From positions 384,001-448,000 of the forward strand of contig CAWISW010000002.1 of the NCBI GenBank assembly GCA_963838925.1: DNA of 64,000 nucleotides. The letters run 5' to 3'. Below the pieces are notes generated by a model. The model saw nothing but the letters and a program-made list of their open reading frames with translations. It did no database searches and was not told the origin of the DNA. Source of the stretch: an uncultured Nitrososphaerota archaeon. GTDB lineage: Archaea > Thermoproteota > Nitrososphaeria > Nitrososphaerales > Gagatemarchaeaceae. A program made the translations under genes and the position numbers. This document shows positions 37,547-46,405 of this stretch, piece by piece; position 1 is the stretch's first letter, and each line of letters opens with the position of its first letter.

Positions 37547-37611
37547 CCGGATCCCCAAAAGGATCAAGAGAAAGTTCGGGCGCTCGCTTCGACGCGGAGG
37601 GCGACGGCATT

Positions 37612-37863
37612 TTGGGTGCCCCTTCGCGGGAAGACACTCCGACCACAAGGCGCAACTTTAGCAGAGGCTCCGTTGCCGCGCTGTCATTCGTCGTGCTGAT
37701 GGAGTTCGGCTTTGGCTTCACTTTCAGGTACCTCGTCCCGAACCTCGCCGTCGCGACGCTCGACGAGCTGTATTTCCTCACCTTTGCAATCGCTACGGCT
37801 GGGACCTTGCTAATCTACCGATATCTTCCAGATTCGAAGAAGCCCGCGTTCGACCTCTCGTAG
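37612..37863 (+). CDS. Small 2-TM hypothetical protein
   Basis: Two hydrophobic segments; fills the intergenic gap. Confidence 0.5.
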   Translation: MGAPSREDTPTTRRNFSRGSVAALSFVVLMEFGFGFTFRYLVPNLAVATLDELYFLTFAIATAGTLLIYRYLPDSKKPAFDLS

Positions 37864-37928
37864 CTTGACGCGGTCTTCCGGAAGAAAGGCTTAACACCCT
37901 CCCTTGGCGGGAGTCGCCAGAACGCGAC

Positions 37929-38312
37929 TTGGTAAAGGCAGTAGAGAACCTGAGGAAGAAGAAGCTCACCGGCGGGAAGAGGCGCCCGTTCCGTGGACGC
38001 AAGGCGTGCGAGGCAGACGACTACGCTTTCGAGACGGCGGTGGGCGAGCCTGTCAGCTCTCCCAAGCGCACGAGGGGAGGTAGCTGGAACTTCGGCCTGC
38101 GCTACGCTAACAAGGCCAACGTCTTCGACCCTTCCACAAGCAAGACCGTCAAGACCGACATCCTCAGGGTGACGGCGAACCCGGCCAACAGGGAATACGA
38201 GAGGAGAGGCGTCATCACGCGGGGGGCCACGATCGAGACCAAGCTCGGCAAGGCGAGGGTCACCTCGAAGCCCAGCGACGACGGCGTCGTCAACGGCGTC
38301 CTCATCAAGTAA
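37929..38312 (+). CDS. rps8e: 30S ribosomal protein eS8
   Basis: KKLTGGK, RTRGG, NPANREYERRGVITRGATIET.LG.ARVTS.P..DGVVNGVL. Confidence 0.96.
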   Translation: MVKAVENLRKKKLTGGKRRPFRGRKACEADDYAFETAVGEPVSSPKRTRGGSWNFGLRYANKANVFDPSTSKTVKTDILRVTANPANREYERRGVITRGATIETKLGKARVTSKPSDDGVVNGVLIK

Positions 38313-38520
38313 GAAGGGGTTCCGCTAACTCTTCGGCTCAAGCCGTTGTCGAGTCAACTTGCTGGCATCGACTCGGAGGATTAGGGTAGTCGTCCCGTTC
38401 CACGTCACCGCTTCACTTGCCAGCCCTTTTTCCTTCTCAATCGGACTGCAGGAGGTAGTAGCTTGTTGCGAGCGACATTCACCCTGCGTCTCCGACCGGG
38501 AGAGAAGGGAACGGTCGAAC
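38300..38520 (-). ncRNA. Putative TnpB omega/reRNA overlapping the tnpB 3' end (boundaries approximate)
   Basis: Inference from the TnpB family rule; the ORF has a long non-globular tail after RuvC-III running into the element end. Confidence 0.45.
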
Positions 38521-39654
38521 CTCGACCGCCCCCTTGCGGACAGGTTCATGGCTGCGTGCACGTCCCTGTCTGTCCACCTGCTACACGCCTGACACCACAG
38601 CATCCTCGCATGCGCGACATCGTCCCTTGCGGGACTGCGGAGCTTCTCCCCACACGTCGAGCACCTCGACGAGGAACCAGAGGTGTCAGACCTCGTGAGC
38701 TGGATTGTGGTCACGCCCCTCCACGCGGCCTTGTATTCGAGCATCTTCTTGGCCTTCCAGTGGGGCCACGAGTTGAGCCTGAACCTATACTCCGCTCCCT
38801 TGCGGTTCCCCCTGTGATACAACTTACTGATGCCCGTCAGGTCCTCGATGGCGAGAGCGGCCCCGTCCTTCGCGGCGACGTCGACGACGTAGTTCGTGGC
38901 CGCGTGGATGAGCTGGTCGCCCCTGTGATTCGCCCTCTCCCAGTACTTGCGGGCGAGCCTCCTTCGCATCCTGACGTCGTTCCTCTTGAACGAGCCGACT
39001 ATCTCCCTTGTAGTCTGCCTGACCCTGACCAGCTTTGACATCCCAACTACCGTGACCTTCTCTCTGTCCCCGAACGCTATGTTCTTCTCGTTCCTGTCCA
39101 CGCCGTAGACCCTCCTGATCTGGGCAGGCTCGATGTCCTCGCTGTAGCAGAGTGAGAGCGAATCGCGCGTTAGGGTAAGGCTCCTCACCTCCCTGTCGGC
39201 GAGCTTCTTCAGCGTGTATGGTTCGAGTTGGATGTCGAAATATTTGTCGCGCCTCAGTGGGATGAAGAGCCGCCCCTTCATCGTGATGAAGAACCCGGAG
39301 ATGATGCACACGACGGGTCTCAGAGGTCTTGCATGGCTGACCCTGACGCCTCGCCTCTCGCCCTTTTCACGGCTTCGGACGACGGCACAGGCCCGCGTCA
39401 TCGATGCGAGCTTGTAACACGAAGGCAGTTTGATGTCCTTGAGCGTGCGGTAGAACCCCTTCATCCCTCTGCGGCTCTCGATCTTGTTTTCTTCGGCGTA
39501 CTGGATGGCGTTGTATGTGAGGGTCAAACACTCGGAGAGCAGGTCGCCGAGCTGCAGGCTGGAATAAGATTGAGTGACGGACTTTGTGGCTCGCAACCAT
39601 AAGCTACACTGGAATCGTATAAATGCGCACATGCGCCGAAGAGTTAACAGAGCC
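38318..39654 (-). mobile_element. Non-autonomous tnpB-only element with IS6-like terminal inverted repeats (1337 bp)
   Basis: IRs GGTTCCGCTAACTCTTCGGC (38318-38337) and GGCTCTGTTAACTCTTCGGC (reverse complement of 39635-39654), 17/20 identical; direct repeat TAAGAAGG at 38310-38317 and 39655-39662. Confidence 0.9.
38325..39596 (-). CDS. tnpB: TnpB RNA-guided endonuclease
   Basis: RuvC-I YGVDRN, RuvC-II AIEDL, Zn finger CSTC...CQAC, RuvC-III DRDVHAAMNL; TTG start 39596 with TTTATA about 22 nt upstream. Confidence 0.93.
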   Translation of the reverse strand: MRATKSVTQSYSSLQLGDLLSECLTLTYNAIQYAEENKIESRRGMKGFYRTLKDIKLPSCYKLASMTRACAVVRSREKGERRGVRVSHARPLRPVVCIISGFFITMKGRLFIPLRRDKYFDIQLEPYTLKKLADREVRSLTLTRDSLSLCYSEDIEPAQIRRVYGVDRNEKNIAFGDREKVTVVGMSKLVRVRQTTREIVGSFKRNDVRMRRRLARKYWERANHRGDQLIHAATNYVVDVAAKDGAALAIEDLTGISKLYHRGNRKGAEYRFRLNSWPHWKAKKMLEYKAAWRGVTTIQLTRSDTSGSSSRCSTCGEKLRSPARDDVAHARMLWCQACSRWTDRDVHAAMNLSARGRSRFDRSLLSRSETQGECRSQQATTSCSPIEKEKGLASEAVTWNGTTTLILRVDASKLTRQRLEPKS

Positions 39655-39724
39655 TAAGAAGGAAACTACTATAACACTCGCGACACGCGGCGGTCGCAGT
39701 CGAGCACGGGTTGAGCGCCTCTAG

Positions 39725-40024
39725 TTGAAGGAATACGAGCGTTTCGTCGTCTGGCTCGACTATATCGACTCAGAAAGGAAGCGGAGCGAGGGGCGCAGGG
39801 TCCCTCTGAACTCGTGCGTGCGAGCGCCGAACCTGGAGGAGATGGTCCAGGCGTGCAGGAAGCTCAACCTCGACGCCCAGCCCGAAAAGGCATTCTACCC
39901 CCGGGCCTCGCGCCGACAGTCAGGATACGTCTCGATAAAGAAACAGGGGCAAAAACAGCAGGTTATCATGGCAATTGCCCGAGAATTGTCAAGAATCAGG
40001 GGTTCGCAGCCAAAGAAAGTTTAA
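39725..40024 (+). CDS. srp19: Signal recognition particle protein SRP19
   Basis: VVWLDYIDS..KRSEGRRVP, P.LEEM..A, K.YPR, GYV. Confidence 0.93.
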   Translation: MKEYERFVVWLDYIDSERKRSEGRRVPLNSCVRAPNLEEMVQACRKLNLDAQPEKAFYPRASRRQSGYVSIKKQGQKQQVIMAIARELSRIRGSQPKKV

Positions 40025-40054
40025 AGGCAACCTTTGGGCTTCTAAGGAAGCCAT

Positions 40055-40279
40055 ATGCAGGAAGTTGGCGAGGTCCTCCATCAGGCGAAGAGCGGAAGGC
40101 TGATCATACGTTTGTCAGGCAAAGTCTACGCTGGCCAGGTGCTCCTGGACTCGAAGGGGAGGAACGCCGCGAAGATCATAGAGCTCATCGGCCCCGTCTC
40201 GAGGCCTTACGCATCTGCGGCTCCAGCGTCCGACCGCGCGGCCACTGGGAAGGAAGGCCGGAAGCTCTTCGTGGGGTGA
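40055..40279 (+). CDS. gar1: H/ACA RNP protein Gar1
   Basis: VGEVLH, KIIELIGPVSRPYA; conserved rps8e-srp19-gar1-tfb context. Confidence 0.85.
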   Translation: MQEVGEVLHQAKSGRLIIRLSGKVYAGQVLLDSKGRNAAKIIELIGPVSRPYASAAPASDRAATGKEGRKLFVG

Positions 40280-40288
40280 CCGGGGCAA

Positions 40289-41233
40289 GTGTGGGACCCC
40301 AAGGCAGACAGCGAAGTCTATAGGACGGACTGCCCCAACTGCGGGAACAGGCTCTTCGGCGACTCTGAGAAGGGCGAGCAGGTCTGCCAGTCCTGCGGCT
40401 ACGTCGCCCAGGCGGGCGCGGACGAGGGGCCCGAATGGAAGGCGATCGACCTCGAAGAGAAGACGAAGAGGGTCAGGGTCGGGTCCCCGACGACGCTAAC
40501 TCTGCACGACCTGGGGCTCTCTACTGACATCGGAAGGGACATGCGCGACTCGCACGGGAAGTACCTCGACCCCACGATGCGCGCCACGGTCGAGAAGATG
40601 CGCAAGTGGCAGAGCCGCGTGAGGACGATCAACAGCCAGGAGAGGGGACTCGCCATCGTGCTAGCGAAGATAACCGAGGTGTGCGACAACCTGAACCTCC
40701 CTCGCAACGTCGCAGAGACGGCGGCGCACATATACCGCACATCGGTCAAGCTCAAGGTAGCGAAGTCAAAGTCGATAATGGGGATGACCGCGGCGACCGT
40801 CTACCTGGCGTGCAGAAAGTGCGGAGTGAGCAGGACCCTCAAGGAGGTCGCGAGGGCGGCCGGGATAGACAAGGGATCCGTCGCCAAATACTTCAGGCTG
40901 ATACTCAAGGACGTCGAGAAGGAGTACGTCCCCCCCGCCTCTGTGGAGAAGCACATCTCGAAGCTCGTCAACCTCGCGAAGATCGACCCGCGCGTCGAGC
41001 ACCTCGCGCTCCAGCTCTCGCGCCTGACCAACGACTCGAAGATCTCGAGCGGCAAGGCACCGGCGGGGCTCGCGGCGGCGTACGTCTACATGTCCTCCGT
41101 CATGAGGGGGGAGCACCTCCCACAGCGCGAGGTCGCCGAGTTCGCGGAGGTCACGGAGGTCACCGTGAGGAACAGATGCAGAGAGCTGCTCGACAATTAC
41201 ATTATAAGGCAGAAGATAGGGTCAACCGAATAG
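40289..41233 (+). CDS. tfb: Transcription initiation factor TFB
   Basis: CPNC...CQSCG Zn ribbon, GPEWKA, RVGSP, HDLGLST, cyclin repeats, VTEVTVRNR. Confidence 0.95.
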   Translation: MWDPKADSEVYRTDCPNCGNRLFGDSEKGEQVCQSCGYVAQAGADEGPEWKAIDLEEKTKRVRVGSPTTLTLHDLGLSTDIGRDMRDSHGKYLDPTMRATVEKMRKWQSRVRTINSQERGLAIVLAKITEVCDNLNLPRNVAETAAHIYRTSVKLKVAKSKSIMGMTAATVYLACRKCGVSRTLKEVARAAGIDKGSVAKYFRLILKDVEKEYVPPASVEKHISKLVNLAKIDPRVEHLALQLSRLTNDSKISSGKAPAGLAAAYVYMSSVMRGEHLPQREVAEFAEVTEVTVRNRCRELLDNYIIRQKIGSTE

Positions 41234-41752
41234 TTGGCAAAGGGCGCGAAGGGCAAGAGCGTAAAGGCCGCGAAGAAGGCACCGGCCAAGGCTAAGCCCG
41301 TCCAGAAGGAACCGGAGAAACCGGTAGAGAAGAAGCCCAAGCCTCTTCCTAGGACCGAGAAGACCGAGGAGGAGCTGGTCGACCTCACCTCCCGGGTGTA
41401 CAAGCTCGTGGTCGAGAGGGGGAAGGACGGGGTCCTCCAGAGCGAGATCTGGAAGGAGCTGGGGCTCACCAGCAGGGACGGCTCACGTCTCGCCATCAGG
41501 CTCGAGAAGCGCGGCATGATACGGCGAGTGAAGGTCTTGGATGACGGCAGGTGGACCTACAAGCTCACGCCCCTGCGCCTCCCCGCTAACATTTCATCCA
41601 TGGAGTCGGCGCCGTGCATCGTCTGCCCGGTCGAGTCGAAGTGCTCGGTGACGACGGACATCAACCCGCTGACCTGTCCGCTCATCGGCCCCTGGGTGAT
41701 GAAGGAGTTCGCGGCCTCCAAGACGATGGAAGTCGCGCCACCGGTAGTCTAG
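41234..41752 (+). CDS. TFE-beta / RPC34-like wHTH + Fe-S protein
   Basis: GVLQSEIWKELGL..RDGSR...RLEKRG wHTH; PCIVCP...C...NP.TCP...W Cys cluster. Confidence 0.8.
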   Translation: MAKGAKGKSVKAAKKAPAKAKPVQKEPEKPVEKKPKPLPRTEKTEEELVDLTSRVYKLVVERGKDGVLQSEIWKELGLTSRDGSRLAIRLEKRGMIRRVKVLDDGRWTYKLTPLRLPANISSMESAPCIVCPVESKCSVTTDINPLTCPLIGPWVMKEFAASKTMEVAPPVV

Positions 41753-41758
41753 TCCAAG

Positions 41759-42352
41759 ATGAGACTCGAGGACGCGAAGCGAGACCAGTACAGGAAGCTC
41801 GCCAGGGAAGAGGGCTACAAGAGCAGGGCGGCCTACAAGCTCCTAGAGAACGTCAGGAAGTACCGCCTGATCAAGCCAGGCGACTACGTCCTCGACTTCG
41901 GCGCTGCACCAGGGGGCTGGCTGCAGGTAGCCTCCGCGGCCGCAGGAGAGACTGGGCTCGTCGTCGGAGTAGACCTCGAGCCGGTCGACCTCAATGAGCC
42001 CAACATGGTGACGATCCAGTCAGACATAAAGTCGCCCGAGCTCTCCGTGAAGCTCGAGAGGGCCCTCTCAAGGAAGGCCGACGTGGTGCTCTCTGACCTC
42101 TCGCCGCAGGTCATGGGGACGTGGGACCTCGACCACTACAGGCAGATCGAGCTAACCATGGCGGCCGCCTCCCTGATGGGCGGGTTCCTTCGCAAGGGCG
42201 GGAGCGCCATGTTCAAGGTCTTCGATGGCGAGAGGTTCGGGGAGATGAGGGCCCTCCTCTCGAAGCAGTTCGAGAAGGTCCAGATAACGAAACCAAAGGC
42301 GAGCCGCAAGGGGAGCGCCGAGCTCTACCTCGTGTGCTTCGGCTTTCGCTGA
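41759..42352 (+). CDS. rlmE: 23S rRNA 2'-O-methyltransferase RlmE/FtsJ
   Basis: YKSRAAYKL, DFGAAPGGWLQ, VLSDLSP, KVF, KPKASR..S.E.Y. Confidence 0.93.
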   Translation: MRLEDAKRDQYRKLAREEGYKSRAAYKLLENVRKYRLIKPGDYVLDFGAAPGGWLQVASAAAGETGLVVGVDLEPVDLNEPNMVTIQSDIKSPELSVKLERALSRKADVVLSDLSPQVMGTWDLDHYRQIELTMAAASLMGGFLRKGGSAMFKVFDGERFGEMRALLSKQFEKVQITKPKASRKGSAELYLVCFGFR

Positions 42353-42411
42353 AGGCGAAGTGCGACCTTTCTTCCACATCCTTCTTAAGGGAAAAGCGCG
42401 CTCGGGCGTGC

Positions 42412-43983
42412 ATGAAGAGGACACTGCCCCTAGCGGCCGCGTCTTTGGCGCTCCTCGTGCTGTCGCTAGCGAGCGGGATGGCCGCGGTCTCAGCCGCCGG
42501 AGCCGCGGTCAGCTTGTCCACGGTCGGCGTGGGGAACGCGCCCACCGCGCTCGCCTACGACCAGGGAAACGGCTACGTGTACGCCGCGAACTCCAACTCC
42601 TCCAGCGTCTCAGTGATCAACGGGACCTCGGTCGTCGCGACTGTCGCGGTGGGCTCTGACCCCACCGCGCTCGTGTACGACCCTGCAAACGGGTTCGTCT
42701 ACGTTAGCAACACCAATTCGAGCACCGTCACGGTGATCTCAGGGACACTCGCCGTCGGCACGGTGAACGTCGGCGCGGGTCCGACGTCCCTGGTCTACGA
42801 CCCGGTCAACGACTACGTCTACGTTTCTGACACCAATGTGAGGGGAGAGGGGAACCTGCGGGACAACGTGACGGTACTTGAAGGGACGGGCGTCGTGTCC
42901 ACCATTGGCGTCGGCTCCCTCCCAGCGTCTCTCGTATTCGACCCCGACAACGAGTACGTCTACGTGGCAGTCAAGGGCTCGGGAACGGTCGTCGAGCTGT
43001 CGGGGACGACCGTCGCGGCGACCACGAAAGGGTTCTCCACGCCTAACGCGCTCCTCTACGACCCCGTGAACGGCGCGGTGTACGTGTCGAACCTCGGCTC
43101 AAGCGTCGTCTCGGAGGTCTTCGGGTCCGCGCTCACCGCCAACATAACGGTCGGGGTTGACCCCGTCGCGCTCGCCTTCGACCCGACCAACGACTACGTC
43201 TACGTCGCGAACTTCGACAGCTCGAGCCTCTCAGTCATCTCTGGATCTGCGGTCACCGCAAACGTAACTCTAGGGCTCTTCCCGTCGGCGCTCGTCTACG
43301 GCGCCTCTGACCACCGACTCTATGTCGCCAACGCGAACTTTGCCGCCACCGTTGGAACGGTCTGGGAGGTGGCTGGCACCGCCGTGGCCGGGAACCTCAC
43401 GGCGGGCGTGGAGCCAAGGCCTCTGGGCCAGCAGCACATGATTTACGACCCCTCAAATGGCGACGTCTACGTCGCGAACGTCCTCTCAGGGAGCGTCTTG
43501 GCGATACAGACAGGCCCCGCCACCTCCTCGACCTCGACCACCACGACTGCGACTTCCAGCTCCTCATTGACGTCCACGGTGACCACTACAAGCGCGACCA
43601 GCAGCACCACAACGAGCACTCAGACGACGACATCGTCGACCTCGAAAGCCTCCTCATCCACCACGCTGACGAGCACATCTAGCGCTTCAAGCACGACAAG
43701 CACGAGCCCAACGACCAGCACGACTGCCTCAAGCTCCAGTGCCTCGGCTTCGGCGTCATCTAGCGCCTCGTCGTCGAGCAGCCCGTCATCCACGAGCATC
43801 ACGACCACAACGACGACCACGAGCACTTCGTCTTCGATCCAGTCCACGGCAGCGAGCACGACGGTTCAAAATCCCACCACACCCGCGGCGCCCAACAACA
43901 CCGGCTTCGTCATCGTCGGCGCGCTCGCAGTGGCTGGGCTCCTGCTAGTCGTAGGGGCGGTCGTCGTCCGCAGAGGCAAGTGA
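42412..43983 (+). CDS. YVTN/YncE beta-propeller surface protein with Ser/Thr stalk and C-terminal anchor
   Basis: Eight VG..P..L.YDP.N..VYV.N repeats, signal peptide, TM + RRGK. Confidence 0.88.
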   Translation: MKRTLPLAAASLALLVLSLASGMAAVSAAGAAVSLSTVGVGNAPTALAYDQGNGYVYAANSNSSSVSVINGTSVVATVAVGSDPTALVYDPANGFVYVSNTNSSTVTVISGTLAVGTVNVGAGPTSLVYDPVNDYVYVSDTNVRGEGNLRDNVTVLEGTGVVSTIGVGSLPASLVFDPDNEYVYVAVKGSGTVVELSGTTVAATTKGFSTPNALLYDPVNGAVYVSNLGSSVVSEVFGSALTANITVGVDPVALAFDPTNDYVYVANFDSSSLSVISGSAVTANVTLGLFPSALVYGASDHRLYVANANFAATVGTVWEVAGTAVAGNLTAGVEPRPLGQQHMIYDPSNGDVYVANVLSGSVLAIQTGPATSSTSTTTTATSSSSLTSTVTTTSATSSTTTSTQTTTSSTSKASSSTTLTSTSSASSTTSTSPTTSTTASSSSASASASSSASSSSSPSSTSITTTTTTTSTSSSIQSTAASTTVQNPTTPAAPNNTGFVIVGALAVAGLLLVVGAVVVRRGK

Positions 43984-43993
43984 CGCAGAAGGT

Positions 43994-45136
43994 CTAGCTG
44001 GACGAACCCTTGACCGCGGCGACGACCTCTTCGTACGAAGCGGTCGTCTTCAATCCTTGCGACCCGAAGGGCTGCCGTATCGCCGACCTGCCAGAGGCCT
44101 TCAACGCGTCCACCACCGTCTGGAACTTCACGGACGAGATCTTCTCCCTGGAAGTGATCCCTTCCATGGAATATCCGAACGGCGGGAACCCGTCGACCCC
44201 CTCCAGCGCGTTAAGAGCCTCCGCGGCGCCCCTCCATCCGAGGGCCGCGCAGTCCTTCGCGGCCTCCATCGCTAGGCGCTCGTCGACCAGCTTTCCCACC
44301 CACTGAGGCCCGATGGACTTCGCCTTCCCTCCGCACCTCGGGCAGACTGTGCTGTAGCTGGCCGTCATGGAGGCCTCGTGACAGGTCCCGCAAGCCGCGA
44401 CGTAGCCCAGCTCCTTGAGGCACCGGTCGGACATCGCCGCACCCCTGGCGACCCTGAAGTAGACCCGCAAGTAGTGCAGGGTGCTGTGCGCGGCCAGAGG
44501 CTGTATCGCAGTGTCGACGATCCCGCCGATTCGTGCGCAGAACCCGAGGAGAACTCGTATGGCAGCCTCGTGCGCGAACTCGCTCTTGACGATCTGCGCG
44601 CCGTACCTCCTCAGGGCGGCTGTTGGGTACACCCCGCAGAGCGTGGCGGTGTCTGTCGCAGTCATCGAGACTATCGCACCGTCGTCGGCGGCGGTAAGCG
44701 CCCCCTGGACGTATGGCGCAGGCGTCCCGAAAGGGTCGACGTCGACCGCGTCGAACCTCTCAAGCCTCCCGAACCGGGAGTGGAGGTACGCGTTCGACTC
44801 CTCGTGGACAAACTCGCACCGCGCGCCGACACGGCTCTTCCTTGCGTTCTTCTTCGCTATCGCGAGCGAGGTCGCGTTGAACTCGACGAGGGTCACCTCC
44901 ACGGTCTTCGAGGCCTCGTTCGCGACCCGGACTCCCCTCGCACCGACCCCTGCGAGGGCGTCGAGGAAGCTTGATGGCCCGGTGGCCCTCGCTATCGCGA
45001 CCGAGACGTCGCGGTTGACCCTCGCGGCTGGGTTGAAGAACGCGGGGAAGGTCTTGGGCTCCTTCGCCTTCAGGCTCTCCGCCGGGACGTACAGGTCGGT
45101 CGAGCCCTCGCGCGAGAGGGCCAGCTTGGGGAGCAA
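43994..45136 (-). CDS. trm1: tRNA (guanine-26-N2)-dimethyltransferase
   Basis: FFNP...NRD, DALAGVGARGVR, DVDPFGTP, TATD, HYLRVY, Zn ribbon. Confidence 0.93.
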   Translation of the reverse strand: MLPKLALSREGSTDLYVPAESLKAKEPKTFPAFFNPAARVNRDVSVAIARATGPSSFLDALAGVGARGVRVANEASKTVEVTLVEFNATSLAIAKKNARKSRVGARCEFVHEESNAYLHSRFGRLERFDAVDVDPFGTPAPYVQGALTAADDGAIVSMTATDTATLCGVYPTAALRRYGAQIVKSEFAHEAAIRVLLGFCARIGGIVDTAIQPLAAHSTLHYLRVYFRVARGAAMSDRCLKELGYVAACGTCHEASMTASYSTVCPRCGGKAKSIGPQWVGKLVDERLAMEAAKDCAALGWRGAAEALNALEGVDGFPPFGYSMEGITSREKISSVKFQTVVDALKASGRSAIRQPFGSQGLKTTASYEEVVAAVKGSSS

Positions 45137-45193
45137 GAACCTTGGCGCCGCCGACGAAGCATTTAAGCCGAGTCTGAAGGGTTCGGCTAGAAC

Positions 45194-45742
45194 TTGTCGT
45201 CCCCGAAAACAAAGATCTGGCTCGTCACGGGCCCCCCGGGCATCGGCAAGTCCTCGCTGGTCTCAAAGGTCGTCTTCTCGGTGAGGTCCAGGGGACACGG
45301 GGTCGGCGGCTGCCTTACCAAGGAGGTAAGGAAGGGGAGAGAGCGCACCGGGTTCAGGATTATCGACCTCCTGAGCGGGAACGAGGCCGAGCTTGCGTCA
45401 GTGAGCGGGCTGGGCCCCCGGGTGGGCAAGTATCGCGTGAACATCACGAACCTCTCCTCTCTAGGGGCAGGCTCGCTGCTCCGCGCGGCCGAGGTCGCGG
45501 ACTTCATCGTGATCGACGAGGTGGGCCCTATGGAGCTCACGAGCCCCGAGTTCAGGAGGGGCGTCAAGGCGTGCCTCGCCTCCGGGAAGCCGATGCTGAT
45601 AGTGCTGCACGAGAGCATGAAGGACCCCCTCATGACCGAGATCTCGGAGCAGCCGAACAGTACCCTGGTCGAGCTGACCCTCCACAACAGGGAGGGGGTG
45701 GCGCAGCAGCTCCCCTCGGAGATTGCCTTAAGTCTGGGCTGA
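45194..45742 (+). CDS. THEP1-family nucleoside triphosphatase
   Basis: TGPPGIGKS, EVR.G..RTGF, RVGKY.V, IDEVGPMEL. Confidence 0.9.
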   Translation: MSSPKTKIWLVTGPPGIGKSSLVSKVVFSVRSRGHGVGGCLTKEVRKGRERTGFRIIDLLSGNEAELASVSGLGPRVGKYRVNITNLSSLGAGSLLRAAEVADFIVIDEVGPMELTSPEFRRGVKACLASGKPMLIVLHESMKDPLMTEISEQPNSTLVELTLHNREGVAQQLPSEIALSLG

Positions 45743-45757
45743 GGAGAGCAGACTGGC

Positions 45758-46405
45758 GTGCTAGTCGGCGGCTGTGACGAAGCCGGGCGTGGGTGTGTGT
45801 TGGGCCCGCTCGCAGTCGCCGGTGTCTCGGTAGACTCGAGAAGGCTCAATGAGTTGGCCGAGCTGGGGGTCAAGGACTCGAAGATGCTCACGGCGAACCA
45901 GCGCGACTCGCTCTACGTCGAGATCATGAGGGTCTGCAGCGGGGTCGGCGTGTCGCGGATACCGCCTAACGAGATAGACCGGTACGTGAGGAGGGGCAAG
46001 AAGCACCGGCGCCTAAACTACCTCGAGACGATCCACATGGCGAAGGTCATCGACGGGCTCGGGGTCGACGAGGTCTTCATCGACGCCCCAGACATCAACC
46101 CCGCGAGGTTCACCGCCGAGCTCGTCGAGCTGATGACCTCAAAGCCGAGGATAGTCGCTGAGCACAAGGCGGACGTAAACTACGCAATAGTCTCCGCGGC
46201 CTCGATAGTGGCGAAGGTCGAAAGGGACCGCGACATCGCGGACCTCAGGGCGCTCCACGGCGACTTTGGGTCGGGCTACCCCTCAGACCCGGACACCATC
46301 GCGTTCCTGAAATCGTGGGTGAAGCGGGAGAGCTCGCAGCCCGAGTTCGCGAGGAAGAGCTGGAAGACGTGGGACAGGATCGCCGTCTTCCCCACGCTGG
46401 ACTAG
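45758..46405 (+). CDS. rnhB: Ribonuclease HII
   Basis: GCDEAGRG.VLGPL, VKDSK, EHKAD, SAASIVAKV.RD, GSGYPSDP. Confidence 0.96.
   Translation: MLVGGCDEAGRGCVLGPLAVAGVSVDSRRLNELAELGVKDSKMLTANQRDSLYVEIMRVCSGVGVSRIPPNEIDRYVRRGKKHRRLNYLETIHMAKVIDGLGVDEVFIDAPDINPARFTAELVELMTSKPRIVAEHKADVNYAIVSAASIVAKVERDRDIADLRALHGDFGSGYPSDPDTIAFLKSWVKRESSQPEFARKSWKTWDRIAVFPTLD

Noticed and set aside
38318-39654. Ordinary IS605/IS1341 annotation for the tnpB locus
   Set aside because: Terminal inverted repeats and an 8-bp duplication do not fit HUH or serine-recombinase transposition; no tnpA is present
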